Positions 8,106 to 15,574 of a stretch of 31,455 nucleotides of DNA are shown one piece after another. Position numbers and translations under genes: made by a program. Source of the DNA: an uncultured Methanosarcinales archaeon (GTDB taxonomy: Archaea > Nanobdellota > Nanobdellia > Woesearchaeales > JAGVZT01); assembly GCA_964419615.1 (NCBI GenBank), contig CAYQPU010000019.1, forward strand, positions 1-31,455. The letters are read 5' to 3'. Numbering within the stretch: position 1 is the first letter of the stretch; each line of letters opens with the position of its first letter. Below the pieces are notes generated by a model. It did not search any database. It saw only the letters and a program-made list of their open reading frames with translations, and was not told the DNA's origin.

Positions 8106-9146
8106 ATGCTAACAAAAAAAACAATTGTAGATTACATTAAAGAACAATTTGCAGCTTCTCTAGATCAAACTTTCTTACCAAAATCAGATTCGGATCAAAT
8201 TGCTGCAGAGCGACCCAATGTTCCTGCGAGTGTTGTGAACCATAATGTTTGTTTATGGGGATTAAGTGGAGCTGGAAAAACTTCATTAAAAAATGGTTTT
8301 TTTGCTGCTTTATACTGGCTTGATAAATATGATAAGCACTTTGGGTACCATATTCTAGATGAAAAATTAGAAGAATTTCAAAGTGGGAAAATGTGGCAGA
8401 TGATAAAGACTAATCAAAGTAAACTAGCATTAAAAACAACTCATCGAACAACTCAAAAAAATATGTTTTACAGAACACCCAAAGGAAGGAGTTCAGGTCA
8501 TGCAAAAAGCGCAAGTTTTGCTCACAATCTTCGGCTAATTGATATTGTTGGTGAGGAAGCACCATTAGTATTTGATTCAGAATCTGAATATGGTCTAACT
8601 CATGAAGCTTTAACAAAAGCTACATCATTAATTGTAGTGATTGATCCTCTGCAAATTGGTGAAAATGGAATTATGACTCCCAAAGAATATCAATCAGCGT
8701 TTGGACAACTTCTTGACTTTGTTGCAACTAAATCAAAAGGATTAGATTATTTTGCAGTATGTCTGCATAAATATGATTTAACCAGATACCTTGAGAATGC
8801 TGAGGAAATTCAAGGAAGAATTATCGGTGAAGAAAACATGTTAAAACTAAATGATCTTGACACAGACAAATATTGTTTTTATACCTCTGCTGCAAATACA
8901 GTTGGTATCACAAGAAACTTAGATCCAGAGGACGCATCAGCAGGAGGTATATGGACTACCAGATTCACCTTGGATCCTTTTATTTTCCCATTTAATCTAA
9001 TTGAAAGAAAGATTCTCAACAAACAAGATAAATGGTGGGCGCGTGATACAGACCATATTAGTATTGGTCTTCAAAGTAGAGATATTCAAGGAATAATGGA
9101 AGGCTTGTATCACCTAAGAGAACAGGGTTTTCCTGATGATCAATAA
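8106..9146 (+). CDS. TRAFAC-class GTPase-domain protein (double-GTPase-like)
   Basis: G1 GLSGAGKTS, G2-like TTHRT, G3 LIDIVG, G4 CLHKYD, G5 TSAA in correct order and spacing. Confidence 0.75.
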   Translation: MLTKKTIVDYIKEQFAASLDQTFLPKSDSDQIAAERPNVPASVVNHNVCLWGLSGAGKTSLKNGFFAALYWLDKYDKHFGYHILDEKLEEFQSGKMWQMIKTNQSKLALKTTHRTTQKNMFYRTPKGRSSGHAKSASFAHNLRLIDIVGEEAPLVFDSESEYGLTHEALTKATSLIVVIDPLQIGENGIMTPKEYQSAFGQLLDFVATKSKGLDYFAVCLHKYDLTRYLENAEEIQGRIIGEENMLKLNDLDTDKYCFYTSAANTVGITRNLDPEDASAGGIWTTRFTLDPFIFPFNLIERKILNKQDKWWARDTDHISIGLQSRDIQGIMEGLYHLREQGFPDDQ

Positions 9147-9162
9147 TATGATTACTAATTCT

Positions 9163-9912
9163 CTATTCTAATAATGCAATTATTTCTTGGTGTAACTTCG
9201 CATTAGAAACCAACATTTTATTTGACTCAATATTCCACTCACTGCCATTAAAATTAGTCACTTTCCCACCAGCTTCCTCTACAATCAGATTTGCAGCTGC
9301 AAATCCCCATGGAACTTTTGTAACTTTGATAAAACCATCAGTTCGTCCACAAGCAACCAAACAAGTCTCATAAGCAGAAGAACTAGTGATCCTAAATCTT
9401 TTAATCTTGTCAAATAAACTACTGACATATTCTTTTGATCTGTACAATTCAGTAGCATAAACAACTGACTTTGATAACTGACTAACATCAGAAACCTTAA
9501 TTTTTTGACCATTAAGAAATGCACCTTTTCCTTTTTGAGCTGAAAACAACTCATTTGTTAATGGATTATAAACAACACCCAGTACAACTTTCTTGTCTTT
9601 AACAAGTGCTATGGAAATACCATATAGTTTAATACCTCTAGAATAATTAACAGTGCCGTCAATAGGGTCAATGACCCAAGTATATTCAGAAGATCCTTCC
9701 TTACCTTTTTCCTCACCTAAAAATGCATGATCTGCAAATTCCTTTTTTATAATTGATTTAATAACATCTTCACACTTGATATCAACATCAGTCACAATCT
9801 CCTCTTGTTCTTTATAGCTAATCTCTTTTTCCTTATTAAAGAAATCTAAAGATAATTCTCCTGCAGCTTTTGCTGCTTTAATTGCTACTTTAATTTGAGA
9901 TGAATTGTTCAT
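9163..9912 (-). CDS. suhB: inositol monophosphatase family protein
   Basis: IVTDVD...E, FLGEE, WVIDPIDGTVNY, GRTDG and WGFAAANLIVEEAGG motifs. Confidence 0.9.
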   Translation of the reverse strand: MNNSSQIKVAIKAAKAAGELSLDFFNKEKEISYKEQEEIVTDVDIKCEDVIKSIIKKEFADHAFLGEEKGKEGSSEYTWVIDPIDGTVNYSRGIKLYGISIALVKDKKVVLGVVYNPLTNELFSAQKGKGAFLNGQKIKVSDVSQLSKSVVYATELYRSKEYVSSLFDKIKRFRITSSSAYETCLVACGRTDGFIKVTKVPWGFAAANLIVEEAGGKVTNFNGSEWNIESNKMLVSNAKLHQEIIALLE

Positions 9913-10006
9913 TAAGATTTACAGTGGATAAATTATATATAAATATGATGTAAATGTAATATTATCCATAACATTTATATATTAGTTATTACTGGTTCGT
10001 AGTTAC

Positions 10007-10468
10007 ATGGGCCGAAATAGTAGTTTCTTTCATGCATATGCAGTTGGAGCATGGCTGGAACCTTTAGAACAGAATGGAAAAGAAGGGTATTTTACACTAA
10101 ATGTGGGGTACATGACCCTTGATCCAGAAGAAAATAGACCTCCGGGTCAACTTGAGTATGTAATTATGTTTAATAATCCATTATCTACAATTGATGATAT
10201 GCAAATTAAGGGAGTAATACCGTTGGGAGGCTTAAATCATGTTAATGAACATGAATTAGAGTATACATTATCTGATGAACCAAATTTGGACATTGTTATC
10301 TATTACTGCGCTAGTCCTGATCAATGGGGACCCTTAGTTCAAACAGCATGGACTGGGGAAGATATGTTAGGTCAAGAATGTGGTGTTTCTATGGTTGGTG
10401 GCAGAAAAACAATGAAAAAACATTATGGTATAAATTTGCAGACAGACGGTAAAATGAGAGTATTCTAA
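10007..10468 (+). CDS. hypothetical protein (153 aa)
   Basis: ORF with TTTATATA at 9974-9981; no motif recognised. Confidence 0.7.
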   Translation: MGRNSSFFHAYAVGAWLEPLEQNGKEGYFTLNVGYMTLDPEENRPPGQLEYVIMFNNPLSTIDDMQIKGVIPLGGLNHVNEHELEYTLSDEPNLDIVIYYCASPDQWGPLVQTAWTGEDMLGQECGVSMVGGRKTMKKHYGINLQTDGKMRVF

Positions 10469-10478
10469 AAAAAAGTGT

Positions 10479-10703
10479 TTAATTTTTTACCAAGCTATTC
10501 CCAAAAAAATCATTAATATACCTGTCCACTTGATTGAACTCATCTTTATCATAATGATTAAATGCTGCGATAACAGGGGGCACTATGTCTGGTAGCAATC
10601 TTTGTAGATATCTAATCATAGCAATCTCATAGAACTTCATTTCTAAAAATCTTTTTCTTCTAGTTTTCTTGTCAATTCCTAACTTCTTGTAATCTATAAA
10701 CAT
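10479..10703 (-). CDS. small hypothetical protein (74 aa)
   Basis: ORF divergent from 10766; basic N-terminus. Confidence 0.55.
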   Translation of the reverse strand: MFIDYKKLGIDKKTRRKRFLEMKFYEIAMIRYLQRLLPDIVPPVIAAFNHYDKDEFNQVDRYINDFFGNSLVKN

Positions 10704-10731
10704 GGCTTATTTCCAAGAAAAAAAGCAAATA

Positions 10732-10757
10732 TTTAAATACAATTAGTTGTATCAACT
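10732..10757 (+). promoter_or_regulatory. TATA box followed by overlapping palindromes (candidate operator)
   Basis: TTTAAATA 10732-10739; ATACAA-TTAG-TTGTAT 10737-10752; AGTTG-TAT-CAACT 10745-10757. Confidence 0.5.
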
Positions 10758-10765
10758 GATATAAC

Positions 10766-11056
10766 TTGAAACCAAAAAGCACATTCTTAAAAAATACTCG
10801 GGTTCTGCGGTACCCAAGGTTAGATACAATCCTTATGGTTGAGACATTTATAAAAGAGCATGACGGAGAATTTAAAAAGAAAAAATTGTGGGAATCCTTA
10901 CCTAAGAAAATGATGTACCAAACATTTAATGTGATAATTCAGTATCTGTTGCATTCAAGAAAAATATCAATTGATGCAAAAGGAAAAATTGGATGGATAT
11001 ACTATCCGAAGCAAGCTAAAGAGTACATCAATAGAAAAGACTTAGGTAGAGAATGA
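10766..11056 (+). CDS. small winged-helix protein, candidate antitoxin
   Basis: TTG start; YPRLDTILMVE...LWESLPKKMMYQTFNVIIQYL...GKIGW wHTH-like pattern; 4-nt ATGA overlap with the next gene. Confidence 0.65.
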   Translation: MKPKSTFLKNTRVLRYPRLDTILMVETFIKEHDGEFKKKKLWESLPKKMMYQTFNVIIQYLLHSRKISIDAKGKIGWIYYPKQAKEYINRKDLGRE

Positions 11057-11388
11057 AAGTACCTTCTGTAATTAGGTTTATTGATGCTAAAGCTAGGAAG
11101 AGATTCTACAAATTAAAATCAGGAGGAACAAAGGAGATAGAATTATTCAGAATAATTAACCTAGCACTTGATCATATTGAAGAAAATGCTTTTTGGGGAA
11201 TTCAAATTCCAAAAAGGTTGATTCCGAGATCTTATATTGTTAGGTATGACATCAAAAACTTGTGGAAATATAATCTTCCAAAAGGAAGAAGACTACTTTA
11301 CTCAATAGTGTCTAATGATAATAGTGTTATCTGTTTGGTTATTGAATGGCTAGACCATAAGCAGTATAATAGGAGATTTAACTATTAG
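11053..11388 (+). CDS. RelE/ParE-like protein, candidate toxin
   Basis: 111 aa, basic; NLWKYNLPKGRRLLYSI...VIEWLDHKQYNRRF resembles the RelE-superfamily core (R-x-x-Y strand and C-terminal H..Y). Confidence 0.6.
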   Translation: MKVPSVIRFIDAKARKRFYKLKSGGTKEIELFRIINLALDHIEENAFWGIQIPKRLIPRSYIVRYDIKNLWKYNLPKGRRLLYSIVSNDNSVICLVIEWLDHKQYNRRFNY

Positions 11389-11424
11389 CACCTTTTATAA
11401 ACATTTTTAGATTACCTCTTAGTT

Positions 11425-12147
11425 ATGGATCTAGCTCAAAAAGTACGACTAATAGAACAAGCAGAAATATTCATAGAGGAAAAAATTCCTTTAATCTTGG
11501 TGGTTGCTGGAGAAAAACCAGTTTGTCAATTATATGCAGGTTTTTATAGAGAAGGAGCAAAATATACTCTAGTTGAAGATTTTTTTCCAGAATCTTCATT
11601 TCCATACAAAAAAATAAAATATGATATTGACCACCAAAATGTTCAGGAAATCGTGGCATTGCTTGAAGAAATCAAGATTCCATATCACATACGAAAAGTA
11701 AAAACATTTTCTCGACCTGTAAACTTATTTTATTGTGAGTCAGATTATCTTCCAATTGTGGTCTCACAATCTCGTAGAAACATTAGAAGATATATTCGAG
11801 CTAATGATAAAAAAGATGATAAAGCTTTAGGCAAATTGTATGGTTACCCTAAAACCGCTGTTAAAGCATATCTTGATCCAAAAATCCTAACTGTGGATGT
11901 TATCCATACTGAAAAAACCATTCATCGAAATTCTCCTATTAGATTCTTGCCTTATTTGTCAGAATTTGCTATTTATTCAATGTCTGAGGATAACTTTGAA
12001 GAAGAACTACAAACCGCACTTAGGTGGCAACTAACAGTAAGGACTCTTAGTTGGAAAACATATGTAGAGTCTTTTACTCCAAGCTATTTTTTAGGAGGCA
12101 GATCCGCACATTGGAGTAACCCAGGAATACCAAAAGAGTTAATGTAA
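11425..12147 (+). CDS. hypothetical protein (240 aa) with LGKLYGYP motif
   Basis: Long ORF with TTTTATAA box upstream; G-x-L-x-G-Y-P motif reminiscent of DUF483-like proteins (weak). Confidence 0.7.
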   Translation: MDLAQKVRLIEQAEIFIEEKIPLILVVAGEKPVCQLYAGFYREGAKYTLVEDFFPESSFPYKKIKYDIDHQNVQEIVALLEEIKIPYHIRKVKTFSRPVNLFYCESDYLPIVVSQSRRNIRRYIRANDKKDDKALGKLYGYPKTAVKAYLDPKILTVDVIHTEKTIHRNSPIRFLPYLSEFAIYSMSEDNFEEELQTALRWQLTVRTLSWKTYVESFTPSYFLGGRSAHWSNPGIPKELM

Positions 12148-12157
12148 AAAGTTAACT

Positions 12158-12571
12158 TCATTCTGATCCATAAAAAATCTTAACATCAAAACCAAGGCTT
12201 TTCATACCATAAAATGCTACATGGTCTGGACCAGAATCTCCATAATCAAAAGTTCTTGACCCCAAAGGAGTTTTCTGACTTTCCACTGTTAATCTTTCTT
12301 TTACTGGTGCGAGAACAATCTCTTTGTATGGTCTATGATTCTCAAACGGTCTTCCTTCTCTTGGAACAATACTTGCTTGAATCCTAAGGTCTTCATATTC
12401 ATTTTCTCTGACAATTTCTAAAGGAATATCCATAATATCTCGCAGAACTTGTTCTTCTAAAGTTGCATTAGTTTGATCATGAGCACCAACAATATCTTCA
12501 TTTGTTAATATTGTATCTTCATAACGAATATAAGTCATTTCATCAATTTTAAGTAAATACTTGAATGCCAT
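12158..12571 (-). CDS. hypothetical protein (137 aa)
   Basis: ORF with GGTGA SD before the ATG. Confidence 0.7.
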   Translation of the reverse strand: MAFKYLLKIDEMTYIRYEDTILTNEDIVGAHDQTNATLEEQVLRDIMDIPLEIVRENEYEDLRIQASIVPREGRPFENHRPYKEIVLAPVKERLTVESQKTPLGSRTFDYGDSGPDHVAFYGMKSLGFDVKIFYGSE

Positions 12572-12647
12572 TTATATCACCAATCTTTAGGAAAAGAACT
12601 GAACTTATATAATTTACGATGCATTACTACTCAAAAAGAGGAAAAAA

Positions 12648-12748
12648 TGGGCCCGGCCGGATTTTCGGAAATACCATCGAACCGGCGATCCTCGCCATTT
12701 TGAACCGTGATTCGTCAAGGCGATATCATGCCGCTAGACCACGGGCCC
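12648..12748 (-). tRNA. tRNA-Val(GAC) with two introns: 37/38 (15 nt, 12698-12712) and 59/60 (14 nt, 12662-12675)
   Basis: Acceptor GGGCCCG/CGGGCCC + A73, D arm GTCT/TGAT, anticodon stem TCGCC/GGCGA with TT-GAC-G|T, T stem GCCGG/CCGGC with TTCGAT|T. Both inserts form BHB motifs (UUGA/UCAA and UUCG/CGAA central helices with 3-nt bulges). T6 run downstream. Confidence 0.93.
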
Positions 12749-12796
12749 ATAATTATCTAGAACAAGTAATCATTTAAAAAAATATCGATATTAACC

Positions 12797-13492
12797 CTAT
12801 GCATTAACATAACTAACACACTTTGCACTAGTCGCAGAATTCTCAATCAAACCACACAATTCAGCATTTTTTGTGTTAATTGCAACAGTTTGAATACACA
12901 TAATCTCTTGGGCTTCATCTGAAACTTTATCACAAATAGAAACATCACCACTATCCTTAGCAGCTTTCATATAACAAATATCTTTTGACAATCCAATCAT
13001 AGAACCACATGAACTAACATCAACAGGTTTTATTGCTCCAACATTATACGGTTGCATAAGATTATTAGTAAAACTCAAACCAACCACTAAGAAAAATACA
13101 ACAGCAATTATAATTGGCATTATAAAGCTTAAAATAATTGCTGCAATTGCCATTCCTTTGCCTTTTAGTGAAGGGTCTTTCTTAATTTTAACCAAACTCA
13201 AAATCCCCAATATCAAACCAACTATAGACAAAAATGGAATAAATGAAAATATAAGGGCAGCAACAGGCATGCCAAACTTTTTATCAGATTTTAACTTTTG
13301 TTTTGGTTCAGGTGAAAATTCTGTTGGAATGTCTGAGGGCGTATCTTTTTTTGGATAATATGCTTTTATAAAAGCTGCATCAACAACTTCTTTAGAATAA
13401 CCATGCATAATCAGACCATTATCTATATCCCTTTGACTAAACCCCTTTTCTAATGTGTCTTGAATATACTTGACAAGCTTTTCATCAGCCAC
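12797..13492 (-). CDS. membrane protein, DUF4190-like two-TM domain plus extracellular Cys-repeat tail
   Basis: GTG start; GLILGILSLVKIKKDPSLKGKGMAIAAIIL pattern; C-terminal C-x9-C-x11-C-type repeats with 6 Cys. Confidence 0.75.
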   Translation of the reverse strand: MADEKLVKYIQDTLEKGFSQRDIDNGLIMHGYSKEVVDAAFIKAYYPKKDTPSDIPTEFSPEPKQKLKSDKKFGMPVAALIFSFIPFLSIVGLILGILSLVKIKKDPSLKGKGMAIAAIILSFIMPIIIAVVFFLVVGLSFTNNLMQPYNVGAIKPVDVSSCGSMIGLSKDICYMKAAKDSGDVSICDKVSDEAQEIMCIQTVAINTKNAELCGLIENSATSAKCVSYVNA

Positions 13493-13552
13493 TTTAGTTA
13501 AATTTTTAGAAAAAGACTATTTATGTTTTTCTGTTTCTTTGCAGAAAAGGAA

Positions 13553-14746
13553 TTATTCCAGCTTCTCATGATCATAAACATAACCATTCATCTGATCTGC
13601 AATAACTTTGATATTATCACCTGGCTTGATATCATAAAACAATGCTCCTTTACCAACTGTTCCAAGATAAAAAGCACCTGTCTCAGCAATTAATGAAGCA
13701 GGATGAGAATAACGTGATGCATACTCTAATGTTACAACAGCTTTTGCATTGTTTACTGCATTGAGCATGTAAGAATATTTATTGAGAGTAAATGTAACAA
13801 GACAATAGCCATGTGGATGAGCTTTATTAAATGATTGAAGATTTGAAAAATCATTACTTTCTGATCTGCTTGAAAATCCAGCAACTTGTGGATCAGGATT
13901 AAAATATGGGTAAGCAGGACCTTCAAATTCACCAGCCCCTCTTACTGCAATCGCATCAGTAATAACTCTATCCTCTTCAATTTCTGGAATCACAACCTCT
14001 GGCCAATGTGGTTCAGTAATTGGTCTAAACTGAATAACATAAATCTCTGGATTAAATGAATCATTATGAAGAATGCCAAACTCCATATCAACTCTGTACC
14101 CAACTTTTTCTTCTAGGGACCTTGATACCTTTGCAACCTCTTTTAATAACTCTTCATATACATCCCTCGGATCATACTGATAGTGCCAGAATAAATCCAG
14201 ACTCTCATCAAAAGCAGCAATGTTTGCCTGCTTTCTTCCATTCATTATTGATCTAACACTCTCTGAATGACGTAAAAACAAATACTCAATAAATGTTTCT
14301 TTTGAACCTTGCTTTGCACTGGAATAACAAACACCTGCAAGATCAAACTCCATTTGTTCCTGAACAATCAATGCCATTTCTTCAGGTATATCAATCCCAT
14401 GTCTCTTTGCATATTCAAGTGCTTTTTTTCCTCTAGCACTTGCTCTAACTCTATCAATTGATGGTAGAAAATGAAGTTGAAAATAAGAATTATGCATATC
14501 AGAATCAAATACTCCTGGAAAAGCAAATCTTTTTCCATCCTCAACAACTGACGAAGACCTAACAATAATAGGTCTCTTGTACTCATTATATATTCTTAGA
14601 AGTTCCTTTCTGTTTGGATAAACGCCAACTGGAATAATCTCTCCATTAGGAACATTATATCCTTCCCAAGCTGCAACAAGCTGATTATAACCTTTACCTC
14701 CCACCGCTTCAGGACTAGTGTCAGCAGGATTACTACCTATTCTCAT
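13553..14746 (-). CDS. PEP-synthase/PPDK-like protein: ATP-grasp (PPDK_N) plus phospho-His swivel domain only
   Basis: VGGKG, VPNG, IIVRSSSVVEDG..FAFPG, LIVQEQM, DMEFG, VIQFRPIT, then AKAVVT...YSHPASLIAETG and IKPGDNIKV; the ORF ends there (397 aa). Confidence 0.85.
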   Translation of the reverse strand: MRIGSNPADTSPEAVGGKGYNQLVAAWEGYNVPNGEIIPVGVYPNRKELLRIYNEYKRPIIVRSSSVVEDGKRFAFPGVFDSDMHNSYFQLHFLPSIDRVRASARGKKALEYAKRHGIDIPEEMALIVQEQMEFDLAGVCYSSAKQGSKETFIEYLFLRHSESVRSIMNGRKQANIAAFDESLDLFWHYQYDPRDVYEELLKEVAKVSRSLEEKVGYRVDMEFGILHNDSFNPEIYVIQFRPITEPHWPEVVIPEIEEDRVITDAIAVRGAGEFEGPAYPYFNPDPQVAGFSSRSESNDFSNLQSFNKAHPHGYCLVTFTLNKYSYMLNAVNNAKAVVTLEYASRYSHPASLIAETGAFYLGTVGKGALFYDIKPGDNIKVIADQMNGYVYDHEKLE

Positions 14747-15267
14747 TGTTCTAATTCAAACTGAATTTCTTCATGAACTTTGTCTAGGTCGTATTTATAT
14801 CCCATAACATCTGCTGCCTTTAACAGTAATTCATATTGAGCAGGTACTTCATCAAGATTTCTGTGAGTTATTCGAGAATGATTTGGAAGATTCCACTCAG
14901 GATTATAATCTTCCCAGCATCCACCTAACTGGCTTCTATTGTTGGAATCCTCGTGATAAATAAAGGGGGAGACAAACATTTTCATTTCACCATCACATAT
15001 GTATACCATAGCTTCTACATCAAAATTAATTCCATGATCTGGTGCGGCTTTTATGTACGTTATTGGACAAAGGTCTATCTTGTCTTTACCAAACTCCTTG
15101 ACAAATTTATTAAGCAATTCAATAGTTAACTCGTGAGTTTCAGTTAACAAATCGTCCAATAAGTCAGATGGTACTGTATCCACCACTCTTTCATACTGTA
15201 TTCCACCATATGTATTACAAATTTGCTGCAATTGGTTTTCAATATCTATTTTTACCATAGTAATCAT
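14743..15267 (-). CDS. hypothetical protein (174 aa), translationally coupled to the dikinase-like gene
   Basis: Its TGA stop overlaps the ATG of 13553-14746 (ATGA). Confidence 0.75.
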   Translation of the reverse strand: MITMVKIDIENQLQQICNTYGGIQYERVVDTVPSDLLDDLLTETHELTIELLNKFVKEFGKDKIDLCPITYIKAAPDHGINFDVEAMVYICDGEMKMFVSPFIYHEDSNNRSQLGGCWEDYNPEWNLPNHSRITHRNLDEVPAQYELLLKAADVMGYKYDLDKVHEEIQFELEQ

Positions 15268-15332
15268 ATATATGAGGAAAAACCTCTAATTAATAAATTT
15301 ATTGATTCTAGCCACTCTCTAGTAAAGAAAAG

Positions 15333-15417
15333 AGCCTCTGCCGAGACTTGAACTCGGGACCTTAGCCTTTTTGTGGTAAAATACCAAGGCTACGCACCAC
15401 CACTATGCTACAGAGGC
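15333..15417 (-). tRNA. tRNA-Thr(GGT) with ~13-nt intron at 37/38 (15369-15381)
   Basis: GCCTCTG/CAGAGGC + U73 (archaeal Thr discriminator), D stem GCAT/GTGC, anticodon stem TAGCC/GGCTA, TT-GGT-A|A, T arm CCGAG-TTCAAGT-CTCGG. Confidence 0.9.
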
Positions 15418-15474
15418 GAACATGGTGAGCATCTGAAGCAACTCGAAATGCTTTTTCGAGTATGCTACAGAGGC
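15404..15474. repeat. 14-bp direct repeat of the tRNA-Thr 5' end flanking a 43-bp palindromic insert
   Basis: TATGCTACAGAGGC at 15404-15417 and 15461-15474; the insert contains the CTCGAAA-TGCTT-TTTCGAG hairpin (15442-15460). Confidence 0.9.
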
Positions 15475-15574
15475 TTAGAAAAAGCAGAATCAAAAACCGT
15501 ATATAAAGCTTTTTGTTAAATTCATTTTTTACTATACAATAACTTTTTAAATACTTTAATTTTAGCCTATTTTT

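Noticed and set aside
15404-15474. 57-nt D-loop intron model for tRNA-Thr
   Set aside because: Because the insert ends with a copy of the exon, a BHB would need a self-complementary 4-bp helix; none convincing exists.
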